Position numbers and translations under genes: made by a program. Below, piece after piece: positions 50,363 through 62,848 of a stretch of 64,000 nt of DNA (the stretch's first letter is position 1; each line of letters opens with the position of its first letter). The notes beneath the pieces were generated by a model that did no database searches, was not told the DNA's origin, and was given only the letters and a program-made list of their open reading frames with translations. This DNA is from Lama guanicoe (taxonomy: Eukaryota). Where the stretch lies: the NCBI GenBank assembly GCA_013239625.1, contig MU053881.1, forward strand, positions 8,207,957-8,271,956. The letters are read 5' to 3'.

Positions 50363-52077
50363 AGCCAAAGGCAAGAATGCAAATAAGGATGGTGCGGCCC
50401 AGGGACTCCCACACCCTAGCCTATTGGAATCTGATGTCAAGAATGAGGTGGGAGATGGGAAGGCGTGGAGGATGAATAGAAGCAGTCTTGAGGCCTGCAG
50501 AGAAGGAAGCCAAGTAGCCCCCACTGCCCCTCAAGATCCTGTACCTTGATGCAGGCCTCCAGCCCAATAGCCAGATATCCCGGCCAAGCACGCTCTTGGG
50601 ACCACAGGGGTGTGCCGGGACCAACTGAGAAAAACATCTACTCCACTTAATCCTAGGCCTCCTGGGGTCCCAGAGAAGGCTCAGTGTGGGACACCTGCTG
50701 AGAGTCTGCCCTCCTTATGACATACATCTTCCGTCTCCCAAGGGTGGAACTGTTTAAATTAGCAACAAGCAACACTTTCTGTATGCGGAACATCGCATTA
50801 GCCACTAGAGGTACCGAGCAGTCTAAGCTCTGCCCTCTGTGACACGGGCTTCTGGTCTTCTGAGGTGAGAGGAATCATCATATAGAATTAAGTCATTGGT
50901 CCAGAAGAATCGCGGAGTGCCAGAAGAGAGTAAAAGTCGCAGCAGAAGGCATAGGAGCTCAGAAGAGGCTCTAGGGCAGAGGAAGGACTTGAACTGAATT
51001 GATGGTGGGCAAGTGGTCAGGGGTGAGGGGAGATGGGATTATGCAAGTGGTTTCCTGCCCGTGTCTGCAGCTGACTGGGACGCACTCCTAGTTTGTCATA
51101 CTTGGTTCCTGAGAATGGGATGTTGTGGTTTTGTCTGTCCCAGAAAATACTAGAAGTCCCACATACAGATCACATCTCTCTGGGAGATGCGGAGGAGGAG
51201 AAGGCTTGTAAAACACATAGCAGCCTCTGTGGTCCCGAGAGGCTGGGGCAAAATGAGGACAGGGTGGGGGTCAGCACAGCAGAGAACAGACCCCAGGGCT
51301 GTTGTCGGTCACTCATTTACTCCCCAGCCACCCTCAGGACCTTCCTCCGCCCTGACCCCCCGGAGCCATGGCCCGGGCAGCCTTCTTCTGCTCACACCTG
51401 CCCTCTGAGAAAACTTCCCTGGCTAGGAGTTTGTTTTCCAAGATCACTTTCCACCTGACTTGACCGGGTGGAATTTGAGGACACCCAAAGCTCAGAGGTG
51501 CACCTGCCAGCGACCTCACCGCCGCCAGCCCCTCTTACCGCCCACGTTCCGGGAAAACGTGCAGGTGCTGTGAGCTTCTCAGGGCTTACGGGCAGGCCTA
51601 GATCCCTGGGCATTTGTGACCCACCCATTTGGCATTGTCTGGCACTGTGAACTTCAAAAGGAATGTGTCCAGAGACTGGAACATCGCATTCCTTTCATGT
51701 TTTCTTCTCTGAGAAAATCCAAGAGGCTTACTTATCTGTACCAGGTGGACGGTGCTGCTAAGCCATGTCTGCTCCTCCGGGAAGCCTCTGGGCTTCACCG
51801 AGTGTCCCCGGCCTCACACTGACAGCTCTGTGTTGTCATTTCCTGTTTCTTTGTAACCACAGGAGAGAACAGGACCAGGTCACTGTTGTGTCCCCAGCAC
51901 CTGGCACAGTGCTGCCACACAGGAGGTGCTCCATAAATGGATGTGGAGTGAAAAAAAAAACAAAGACACAAGCGCCACCCACGGTCATGCCCACGACCTC
52001 CTGACCAGGGGCTGGATGAACCTGACCTTCTAGCCAGCACCCTGCCTGATGCCTGGGTTCTCTGCCCACCCCACCAG

Positions 52078-52171
52078 GTGAGCTGTGTGATGAGGTGATT
52101 GATCACTGCGTGCCCGGCTTGAACCTCTGTCAGCATGAGGCAAAGTGCATCTCCCTGGACAGAGGATTCAG
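52078..52171 (+). CDS. SLIT3: SLIT3 exon ~29 (EGF4)
   Basis: caccag|GT GAG CTG...TTC AG|gtaagg; 94 nt; [32 protein letters not shown]. Confidence 0.95.
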
Positions 52172-55100
52172 GTAAGGCTCGTTCACGCCCCAGCACAGGG
52201 TCCCAAGGACTCGGCTCCAGCAGTCTGGGTTGGAGGCAGAGGCTCTGGGCTCCCTCCATATGATTTTTTCTCTTTTTCTCTCTTTCTGCCTGTTACTTAC
52301 CTCTCTGCTGTTACCGTGTCATTGTCTGTACCTCTGACTAGTCATAGTCTAATTCTCCAGTCAGTCTTTGTCTCTTTGTGGGTATTTCTTTTCTAAGCCT
52401 CTGTCTCTGTCCTCTCCTCTCTCACTGTGAGTGTGTGTGTGTGTGTGTGTAGAGAGATCCCCTTCCTGGACTTCTCCCCCTCCCTCCTTCCTTCTCTCCC
52501 CCTCCCTCCCTCCCTCCCAGCACAGCTCTTGTTTCCGGAGCTGGTATAGTAGAGCAATCCCACAAAGGAAGCCGAGTCCCAGGGTGTTCAGTCTCCTTCC
52601 CCGTGTGCAGCCTTCACAGCACTCTGCCCTCTGCCCTCCGGCAAGTGTGCCAGCTTGTGCACCTGTGTGTGTTGGGGAACATGGGTGGGAGTGGAATGGG
52701 GGGAGAGAGCGCTGGCAGAGCTGTCCCGTATCCACGGCGAGCAGCCGGGCCTGTAGGAGCCAGGGCTGCACCCGAGCAGTTCTAAGGCTGGGTAGAGAGG
52801 CCGCCTCAGGAGAAGGTACCAGTTCCGGAGCCTCAGAATCAGATGGCACCCCTGGGAAATCACCTCTGGGCTCTGTCCCCACCTCCTCCCATTGCTGCTT
52901 TTGGAGAAGATCTTGAGGCCCTCAAGTCCTGGGTTTTCTGACCTGGTGGGGACATCCCAGAACCCTTTGGCCAAGAACACTCTCCTCTACCCCCAAGGCT
53001 GCCCTCCACACGCAGCTGCCTCCCCGCTCCCCAGCAGGCTCTGTCCAGCACTGGGTGGTAGGGGTGAGGGACTCTAGTACCAGGGAATCAGGGTTTGGGG
53101 GAGCAGGCCGGGACCAGAGCACCTGGGGGGACCTCAAATTAGCCCTCGGTAAAGGCACCCAGAGTGATCCCACAGGGTCACCCCTAGGGGTGAGGGACAG
53201 GAGCTCGGTGCCCGTGTTGGTGAGTCTTTACGGAGAATCCCCACCAGCCTTTCACCCGGTGGCTTCTCCAGCTTCTGGAGCACAGATGCTCAGGCTCTGG
53301 TCTCCACGGCCCCAGGAGCTGTCGTCACGCTCCATCTGTCCAGCTCTCAGTCACTGCGGAGAGCTCTCAGACCTCGGGATCTGGGACTGATTCTACACTG
53401 CAAAGCTTAGGGCTTGGTGGCAACCCAGGATCTTAGGAAGCCCCAGACTGCTGACATCATAAAAATCACAGAATCTTAGCAGCTTAGCACTGTGGACTCT
53501 TAGATTCATGGTCTTCAAAACTTGAACCTGTGAACTCTTAGAATCCTAGAGTCTAGGAATTAAGGTTCCCGGATGCTGTCTCCCGGCCGGACCCCCGCCA
53601 GTGCCCGCATCCTCTCTGTGGGAGGGTGGTGGGCACTGCAAGAGGTCTTTGAGTCCCTCTGAGGCCCTTGCCCTGGACCTGGGGGAGGGAAGTTTGACAC
53701 AAAACAAAGGTTTAGAAGAGAAAGAATTTCTGATCCCTGGATTCTGGTTGTGAGTGTTGCTGGGGTTTGGAGGAGAAGGGAGAAGAACCTTCTGGAGGAG
53801 AAGGAAGCCCTGCTACCCTAGGAGGTGGGCTGGGAAGTGACCGCCGAAGGATGCCTAGAACTGGGGTGGGTTGAGAGAAGGAGGGGGACCCCACCCCACA
53901 GGTGGGAGAGGAGTCTAGAGAAGGTGAGGGCGAGAGGGGACCACGAGCACGTCGTCCTGTGTTTTCCTCTCGCCTTTGGACATCCCGAGCCTAGAGGAAA
54001 CCGCAAAGCCAGGGAAAACACGAGAGGCACGCAAGGACCTCTGGCTCCAGAGGGAGCACAGGGAGGTGCGACCCTCTGGTCCTGCACCCTCCTCCGAGTC
54101 TGCCGTATCTTCTCCCGTTCCCTCAGAGATGTGCCGGGGGGGCCTTCAGGTCATCGAGCTACCTGAGTCTGAGGGTGAGGGACGCCTCTGCCCGCCTTTC
54201 CCACTCCGGGATTTGACTTCCGATCGGGGCTGCTTTTTAACCGAAGGCAGAGCCAAAGGGAGGGAAGACATGCTTAAAACACAAAAGCCAAGCTGGCCAG
54301 GCAGACAGGCAAAGTGCTTTGGGTGTGCCTAGGGAGGGGCAGTGGTGCTCACTGGGCATCTGAGCTCCGCAGAATGGGTGGGATATCCTTGGATGGAAAG
54401 AGATCAGTGACATTCGCTCCATGCTGACGGGGCAGCAAGCTCAAGGATGCTGGCTTGGACAAGCACACCCAGCACAAGGACTGGTCAGAAGTGGTCCAGG
54501 ATGCAGGTCTGGGATCGGGGTGCTAAGGACCCCTTGAGTTCAAGGGCAATGTAGAATAGAAAGAAACCAGTATAGCTTTCAAAATCTTGAGATAATACAT
54601 TTATGCACAGTGTCTCTTAGAATCTTGAAAAGGTCCACAGGCCAACTCAATAATGTTGATTTTTTTTTAATTAAGATGCTTGTAAATCAAAAGTCCCTTC
54701 TCCCAATGCAACATTTTATAATTTTATCCCCCTCCCCTGCCGTCACCATAACAACTCACATCCCCAGGGCAGGCATCAGGGACATTAACAAAAGAGGCAT
54801 GAAGTCAGTGCAGCCTTTGCCCAAGTTTGAAGGTGTTTGTCCTCAGAGATTTCCTGGTATGCTGTTCGAATGAGGCCTCAGCTGCGTAGGACAGATAGTA
54901 CTAAACACAGAAATAATCATATACTGAAGCCCTGAAAATGATAAGGCATGCTGCCCATAAACACTGAAAACAACAGTAGCAGAAACCAAGATGGCAGTGG
55001 CCAGCCGGCAGTGAGCGCTCCCTCTGTGTCAGGCACGGCGCACTGCCTCATCCAACACTCAGCAACCTTAGGATGTCGAGGCTGTTACCCACTTGCCGTG

Positions 55101-55409
55101 TGGGGCGGAGGCGCAGCAAGGTGGAGCACGCAGCCAGCACACACATACACAGAAAGGGATGCAGGTCAGTCCGGGCCTGAGTGATTCCTTAGCTGACTCC
55201 AGAGACTCCTGATGTCCTTCCTGGAACCGAGGCTGTGACTTGGTTACTCCCTCTTGTCCAGAATCAGTAGGTCAACGCATATCAAAACTGTGTAAGCCTT
55301 ACACTGTAGAAAAACAGCTAAGGGTGAAACGTTTTGAGGACCATGGGGGATGCAGGCTATACCACCGGATGCTTGTCTTTAGCTGCTGAGGAAATGATGT
55401 GCAGATCTT

Positions 55410-55557
55410 TGCTGCTGGAGGTGAGGTCCGTGATCCAGCAGCAACAGCGTCGCACGGGAGCTGGTTGGGAATGCTGATTCCCGGGCCCCGCCCAGACTCC
55501 CCGGATCAGAAGCTGCACTTTAACAAGATCCCTGGGTGTTTTGTTTGAAGAGCGCAG
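55410..55557. mobile_element. MER5A-like MITE
   Basis: ccagcagcaacagcgtc...gggagctggttgggaatgc...atcagaagctgcactttaacaagatccc. Confidence 0.72.
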
Positions 55558-57524
55558 GTGTGGAGAGGGCTGTAGCACTGGGGGAAGAAAGGAAGGCTGT
55601 CAACACATCTGCCTCCAGACCTCCGCAGCTTCAGCTGCGAGTGAGTGTGGCTTCCCTGGTTCCTCAGGAAGCTCTCCTCCGTAGCCTTGAACTCCGTGCT
55701 TAACAGCCTGGGTTTTACCCTGTACGTGGTGAGCAGCGACTGTTGCCTTGGAGAAGCACGTACAGCTTGAGTTGCTCTGCGGGTTCTTGCTAGAATTCGG
55801 GAGACACAGACACAAATGCCGTCCGGGGCCGGGTTTACCCCTAGCAGAGGCCTGGACCGAGGTGTGTGAAGCACATGCCCCGACAAAGGCATTCCCGATC
55901 TGTTTCTTTGAAAGGGTAGGAAGGAATGTGGGCGAAGATGTGAAAGTTTGCACCTTCTGGTGCAGAAGTAGGTTACATATTTCAGATTTAGCCATCAAAT
56001 AAGTAAAGGTTATTACAGGTCAGATCATGTAGATTTCACAGCTTTGGGACGCAGGCCCAGTAAACCCTCAGATTGGTGAACTGCCCGCCTTCCAGGGACA
56101 CCCCACCCCCTGAGTATCTTCCTTTGCTGTGAATCCATAGCACACACCATGTTCTGCCAAACCCAGAGATGCCAGGATTGAACTGCGATTCCAGGCTACT
56201 TCTCTATCTGTCCTAGAGAAGGAGGAGGGAGGAGGGAGGGCCATCTGTTTGTCCCAGTGTTTCCCCAGTCAGGCTCCTTTGTCACAGAAGTATTCCAGGG
56301 TCTCACTTCCCGCTCCACCTCGGCCACCTGCACCACACCTCCCCCTGCCCATCCGTGGTTCCTCCTGACTTGGGCAGGCTGTGGGTACCACTTACACTCT
56401 GCCGGACAGAATTCAGCCAGGGAGCCCAGAGGGGTGTGCAGACTCCAGGCCCTGCAGGAGGCAGAAGAGTCGGGAAGCCTTTGTGCTCCTGTGTGCCTCA
56501 GCCCCTGTGAGTAAGGTGGTCTATGGTCTGCTTCTTGCTAGGACTTGGGCACAGTGTCGCCCCAGACAGAGAAGCACAGAGATGCATGGTCTCGGGGAGG
56601 CCAGCCGCAGCAGCCTTCCCTGGCCAGGTTGAAAACTGGCCCAGCAGGGATGCGGTGGAGCTGCCGGGCTCCTCAGAGGGGGCAGGGCAGCCTGCAGGGC
56701 CTGGGTGGGGCCAGTACACCCATCCTCTCACCTGGAGATCAGGAGGCACTTATCAACGGTGGGGGCATTCCCCCTTCATATCCCAGACCAAATCTCGGGG
56801 GGAAAAAAATGAACAAGCAATAGGGTAGAATGCAAGGGAGCACCCACAGCATCACGTCTCCATCATCCTTGTTGGCACCCTCTATGTATCACACTGATTA
56901 CCTAGTGTGGATCTAATGCCCCACACGGGCTGTATCACTTAATTTTTAAAACCACCCTAAGAGGTGGAGTTACTGATCATCAATTCCTGTGAAATGTGAA
57001 GAAACTGAAACAGAGAGGTAAAGAGCGGCTGATAACACGGAGAGCAGGGTCTGACACACCTAAGTGTACACAAAAGATCGTTATGCTCTGGGGGCTTCAG
57101 GGAAGTCGCAGCTCTCTCTCGGAGTCCTGGTTTCCTCCTGGCATTGGAGGGGGACAGACCCTCCCTCACAGGGTGCTGGGAGGCCTCAAACATGGCGCTC
57201 CATGAAAGGTGCTTAGCCCGGTGCCTGGCTGAACATTATTAGTTCTGAGTAGACAGTGGCAGATCCAAGCCAGATTTTGTGTGTTGCAGCCCTGCGCTCC
57301 TCAGCCTGGCTGGCTCCCGACACAAGGTGCCCCAGGTGAGGCAGGCAGACGTCGGCTTGCAGGGACCAGAGGCCCTGGACAGCCCGCGAGATGGAGTGTG
57401 GGCCAGGCTTTAGGGAGCCTGCAGGAGTTGAGGGAGCTTGGGTACACGGGCAGGTAGGGGAGAGAGGAGAGGCTGCCTGGAGGCCAGCCGGGCCACGGAA
57501 CAGCCTCGCTGTGCTCTGTTCCAG

Positions 57525-57662
57525 ATGCGAGTGCCCCCTTGGCTACAGCGGGAAGCTCTGTGAGGTGGACAATGATGACTGCACGGCCCACAGGTGCCGC
57601 CACGGGGCCCAGTGCGTGGACGCGGTCAACGGCTACACCTGCACCTGCCCCCAGGGCTTCAG
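57525..57662 (+). CDS. SLIT3: SLIT3 exon ~30 (EGF4 end/EGF5)
   Basis: ttccag|A TGC GAG TGC...TTC AG|gtatgg; 138 nt; [46 protein letters not shown]. Confidence 0.95.
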
Positions 57663-57981
57663 GTATGGTGGAGGGGCCCCTCGGGAAGGAGCCGGGCAGG
57701 GGGCAGTGGGCTGGGGGCTGGTGGGCCCAGCAGCCCAAACCCCAGGTCTCCGTGGTGCCTTCGTTCCCCAGCGCAGACGTTGTCAACCCCACGCTGTAGA
57801 AGGAAACGAGAGCTACCCAGGGCAACTGTGTGGAAGTCGGACTTAGGGTCCAGCTCGTGTAATGACAAGTTTGGGCGTGGTTCCACCTAATGGAAGATGC
57901 CACCATTTGGAGCCCAGCTTGCAAAGCCGGGGTAGTAGCTACATGGCCACACTGGCTGGAAAACAAACGTCACGGTGCGCT

Positions 57982-58095
57982 GGGGAGGTGGGTGTAGCTC
58001 AGTGGTAGAGCGCGTGCTTAGCATGCACGAGGTCCTGGGTTCAGTCCCCAGTACCTAAAAAATAAACAAACAAACCTGATTACCTCCCCCTAAAA
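57982..58095 (+). mobile_element. tRNA-Ala(AGC)-derived SINE (vic-1-like), best-preserved copy
   Basis: gggtgtagctcagtggtagagcgcgtgcttagcatgcacgaggtcctgggttcagtccccagtacct + A-rich tail + cctgattacctccccc. Confidence 0.9.
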
Positions 58096-58638
58096 TTATC
58101 AAGCAATCAATCCATCCATCCACCAAGGTGCCCTAATGGCAGAAAAGTGGAGGTGAATGGGAGCGTTTGGGGTCAGTCGCTGGAATCCGTGAAGTCAGGA
58201 GGGAAAGGGGAGATGAGGGACACTGGCCAGGTGGTCTGATGTCTGCGAAGTATGTGGAAGGGGTAGGTGGGTTCCTGCTCTAGCTCCCACACTGCCTGGA
58301 AGGGAAGGGCTCAGTAGGGCCTGGGAAGCGGCAGGGACCGCACCTGAGGAGGGGTCAGACTGCGGGACAGTTCTGTGTACATCAGTCAGTACTCATGGAT
58401 GGCCTGAATGCAACTGTGCAACCTGGTCACAAGCCTTGGTCACAGGTTCTGAGAACGTGAGCCTGGGAGAAACCAGGAGTTCTCAAGGCAGTTGGTTCCT
58501 AAGCCTGATTAAGACCATCTGCATCAGAGGCTTGTGAAAATATGAGTTTCTGAGGCCCACCCCAGAACTACTAAATTAGAATTGGAAGAGGGGGGAGGGG
58601 GAAGTGGGCAGAGGAGCTGGAAATCCACACTTAAAAAA

Positions 58639-59073
58639 ATTTTTTTTATTGTGGTAAAATGCACATAACACAAAAGTTCCCATCTTAAGTGTTTTTCAGT
58701 GTACAGTTCAGTAGTGTTAAGTACTTTCATATTGTGCAACCATCACCGCCATCTGGCTCCAGGACTCTTTTCATCTTGCAGATCGAAACTCTTCACCTAA
58801 TTAAATAGGAACATCTCTCCCGTTCCCTGTCCCCAAACCCCTGGCAACCACCATTCTACTTTCCGCTTCCAAGAGTTTAACCACTCTTGGTATCTCATAC
58901 AAGTGGAATCAAACAGAATTCGTCTTTTTGTAACTGTTTATTTCACTTAGTATAATCTCCTCAAGGTCCATCCATATCGTAGCCTGTGTCAGAATGCTCT
59001 TCCCTTTTTAAGGCTGAATAATATTCCACCATATGTATATACATTTCGTTTATCCATTCATCCGTGGCTGGAT
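58639..59073 (-). mobile_element. L1MB-like 3' fragment nested in a MER5 element (~58490-59135)
   Basis: tttttattgtggtaaaatgcacataac...ctggcaaccaccattctactttc...aggctgaataatattcca; MER5 halves flank it; degenerate TSD aatccacactt / aatctgcactctt. Confidence 0.82.
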
Positions 59074-59349
59074 GAGAATCTGCACTCTTAACAAATTCAT
59101 CACAGGCGATTCTGATGACACTGAAATTGAAGTCCTGTGCTCCAATCCAAACCCATTACTTTAAAAATGGGAAATCTGGGCTTACAGAAGGAAAAGGACT
59201 TGGCCCATTCAGTGGCAGGGCTGGAACTAGTCCCAGTTCCCATCTTGTGCCACCTTCTGTGCTAGCAGCTCTTTGGCCCAAATAACTTGATGTCTCCTCT
59301 CACCGTCCCCCTGTCTTCCCTCCCCATGTTCTCCTTACCTCCCTTCCAG

Positions 59350-59590
59350 TGGGCTCTTTTGTGAGCACCCCCCGCCCATGGTCCTGCTGCAGACCAGCCC
59401 GTGCGACCAGTACGAGTGCCAGAACGGGGCCCAGTGCATTGTGGTGCAGCAGGAGCCCACCTGCCGCTGCCCGCCGGGCTTCGCCGGCCCGAGGTGCGAG
59501 AAGCTCATCACCGTCAACTTCGTGGGCAAGGACTCGTACGTGGAACTGGCCTCTGCCAAGGTCCGGCCCCAGGCCAACATCTCCCTGCAG
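59350..59590 (+). CDS. SLIT3: SLIT3 exon ~31 (cleavage-site linker, EGF6, start of LamG)
   Basis: ttccag|T GGG CTC TTT...CTG CAG|gtgcgc; 241 nt; [80 protein letters not shown]. Confidence 0.96.
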
Positions 59591-61217
59591 GTGCGCCCCA
59601 CCCACCCAGCCTTTGGAAGGTCCCCAGCGTGCCCCCAAGCTTTGGCTGTTCTGAGAACAGCTGGGATGCCCCAGATGGTAGCAGTCCAGCCCCCTTCCCT
59701 ACCACTCATCAAGGACAACACTCAGCTTTGGGGGATCTGGACCAGCTCTGCCCAGAGGGCTCTGTAGACAGCAGCCCCCTCTTCCAGCCTCATTCGTTCT
59801 TTTCTCTAGGAAATATTCAACTATTATATGCCAGACACTGTGCTGGCAATGGGGATTCAGTGGTAGACAAGATAGGCAAAGCCCCTTGCCCAGGGCAGGA
59901 TGACAGGAAAAGGAACAGTGACAGCCCCGGGTGTTGTGGGAGCATGTAGGTGGGGCAGTGATCCCAGCCTACTGGGAAGAATCAGGGAAGGCTCCCCAGA
60001 GGCAGTGACAACTAAGCTGGGATCTGAAGGATGAGTAGGAGTTTGCCTGGAAAGGGGTGGAGGGTGAGGGGGTGACAGTACAGGATCAAAACAGGGTGCT
60101 TTTAAGCCTCAGAGATGGCATGTGCAAAGGCCCAGAGGCATAAACAGGCAGGACATTTTTCAGAGAACAGAAAACCATTTGGTATGAACCAAATTCTTTT
60201 CTGGCTAACTTCTTTCAGATTCCTTACCTGTGGGCCTGAGTACAGTTATTCCAAACTGCATTTCTGGGTGACATCAATGCTTTTGGTGGGGCAGGAGAGA
60301 AGGGAAGTGTGTGATAGAGAAAGCAGGCCCCTGCTCACAGGCTTGCTGGGGAGGGGCACCCCGAGACACAGCTAGAGGGTGCAGGCCAATAAGTGGCCCT
60401 ACTCTCCTCCTGGTTATGGCCACAGTAACCCAGGTTTCAGCTTATGTAGAAAGTATTCATTCAGCAGAGATCCACTGGGCAGCTATACCTGCCAGGTACC
60501 ATTCTAGACACTAGGGTTGCAGAGATGCACAAAAGTTCACGACCTCACCTTGTGGAGCCTACAGCCCAGTGGACCAGCCTCTGAGATGGGAGTTGACCCC
60601 CAGCACCACAAGAAGGAAGCTCTGGTTGCCATCACCACCCCCTGCACCATACCTCATCACCCTCTTGCCTTCCTCCCTCAGTCCCACATACCCAGGGACC
60701 CAAGGGTTAGGTCCCAACTCATCAGAGCAGCATCCAGTGCCCCAGATGTAAACCCCGATGTCCTATCCAGCCACCTGCTCCACATCCCGCTCCTTCAGCT
60801 GCTCCTGTGCCAGGCGGTGGGGGCCCACAGGCGGGTCAGAGAGCCCCACCGCTGCGGCCCAGGGCAGCAGCTTCTGAAACCGGTGCTCCTCAGCTTTGGC
60901 AACACATTAGAATCTCCTGGGGGACTTCTTATCTTTGCCTGGGCCCCACCCCTAGAGATTTGCACATAGTTGGTTTGGGGTGAAGCCCAGACAACTGGTG
61001 TTTTAAAAAACTCCCCAGAGGATTCTTAACACTGTGCCTAGTTCATAGTAAATACTGAATTAGATAGTGGTGCTTAGCATTTTGTTTATAATTATTATTA
61101 CACTTTATACAGAGAGTCTAAGGCCCTGAGAGAGAGGCCAGATTAAAGCTCAGGGCTCCTGGCATGCATATGTGCATATAATTATATGTGATACATATCA
61201 TGGATAAATATACAGAT

Positions 61218-61245
<28 letters not shown>
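61218..61245. repeat. (CA)n microsatellite
   Basis: ~14 CA units. Confidence 0.95.
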
Positions 61246-61248
<3 letters not shown>

Positions 61249-61500
61249 CTTACATAAAAACATAGTAGCGCATCATGGGTGCTTCATAAGTATTTGCTGA
61301 ATTGCTCGATCAGCATTCACTAGAGTCTTAAGAATAGGCCCTCCTTGCGGAAATTTACAGACGAGATTTGGAGGAGGACATAAGGACATGAACTCAGATC
61401 CGGGTTTCGTTCAGAGGATGCCACGTGGGAGAGGGCTCTGTGAGGTGGGGACGGGGAGGTGAGGCCTTAGGGGAGCCCTGACCCTCGTGCCTCTCTCCAG

Positions 61501-61631
61501 GTGGCCACTGACAAGGACAACGGCATCCTTCTCTACAAGGGGGACAACGACCCCCTGGCGCTGGAGCTGTACCAGGGCCACGTGAGGCTCGTCTACGACA
61601 GCTTGAGCTCCCCGCCAACCACGGTGTACAG
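61501..61631 (+). CDS. SLIT3: SLIT3 exon ~32 (laminin-G domain)
   Basis: ctccag|GTG GCC ACT...TAC AG|gtgagg; 131 nt; [43 protein letters not shown]. Confidence 0.96.
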
Positions 61632-62671
61632 GTGAGGACCGCGGTCCCCCCTCCACTGCACGGGCCCCTGCATCGTCCCCCGCCTGCTTCCAGCCCAGCG
61701 AGGAGACGCCAGGTGCCTCTCCTCCCCACCACACACACTCTTTCCGCTGGTACCCAGTGGCGGGTGGGAGCCAGAGGAAGAGCAGGACAGGAAGGGAGGA
61801 AGGCAGAGCCGTGGGGAGATGACACCTCATTACCATAAGATAAATGGCCAGCTGGCTACTGGGCTGGAGTCTGTGCTCCAATGGGGACGAGGCTGCTTAA
61901 TGAGATGCCCTTTTCAAAATGTCATCCTAATCTTTCATTAGTTTAAGGAAGAAAACAGGGGGAGATGAGCATGTAACTGAAGGGGAGGAAATTCCAGGGC
62001 ACTGAGGGCGCAGGACTGCGCCTTCAGTGACTTTCAAACCATTCTGAAGGACGCTTTGTCCTAAACTTCCATCTTTTCAACCCTCGCCCTGATTTCTACG
62101 TTACCGGTATGTCAGCTGGGCTATTACTTAACACACTGCCTTCTGTCAGCGTTAAATCTGCTCCTTTCTTAAATTTAGCTTCATCTTGAGTCGTATCATC
62201 TGTGAAATCACAGCCCTGCTAGTTCGATACGTTACATTTTTTTGTCTACTTCTCAGTAAAAAGAATTCTAAACTATTAACATTTAAAAATATTTTTAGTG
62301 ATAAATATTTGTGTGATACTTATAAAAGTAACTCTTCAAATGAGAAATGATTGTGTTACACTTAAAATCACATAAACCTTCCTGGGAAGGAGAGCCGTTA
62401 CTTGGGGGAAAAGCACAGGACGTGAGAGAGACCCCCGCCCAGAGGCCGGCCCCTCCCCTCCGGAAGCAACGACCACAGTTGACTGGGATTCATGAGGAGC
62501 AGCCCTGTTTCCCGGTAACTAGATTCATCCTTCAATCAAAACTTCACACAGAACTCAGTAATGCTAAATCCACAGAAACAAAACTGCCCGGCAGAGCTGG
62601 AAGGAGCCGTTTCCTCCTTCACACACGAAGGCCCCCAATACGCCGCCAGCAAACCAGTTGTAAACCATTGT

Positions 62672-62848
62672 TCAGACCAGGGTCCTGGAGGTGAGGCCCC
62701 GGGGCAGCACCCGGGAACTTGTTAGAAATGCACACCTTCAGACTCCCCCGCCCCAGGCCTGCTGCCCAGAGTTCTGGGGGCAGGCCCGGCCACCTGCTTT
62801 AAGGACCCTCTAGGGGATTCTAATGTACAAGTCTGAGAAAATACCAGC
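62672..62848. mobile_element. MER5A-like MITE
   Basis: cagcacccgggaacttgttagaaatgcac...ggggattctaatgtacaagtctgagaa. Confidence 0.65.

Larger units (their letters stand above)
5717..61631 (+). other. SLIT3: SLIT3 gene, internal portion (16 coding exons, ~exons 17-32); gene extends beyond both window ends
   Basis: 16 GT-AG exons with compatible phases, lengths 144,144,164,133,69,72,72,72,164,125,98,140,94,138,241,131 nt. They join into an LRR-EGF-LamG Slit protein. Peptides [33 protein letters not shown] and [18 protein letters not shown] match SLIT3 rather than SLIT1/2 as I recall them. Confidence 0.97.

Noticed and set aside
51547..51555. Perfect GAS motif TTCCGGGAA
   Set aside because: A single 9-mer in 64 kb is not informative without conservation or ChIP data.
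53455..53565. Degenerate (ttagaatc)-like periodicity
   Set aside because: Resembles the decayed short tandem tails common beside MIR/CR1-type elements; no further structure.
57990..58056. Apparent tRNA-Ala(AGC) gene
   Set aside because: The acceptor stem is incomplete, it is followed by the SINE A-rich tail and the shared attacctcccc motif, and four similar diverged copies occur in the window. It is a SINE, not a tRNA gene.
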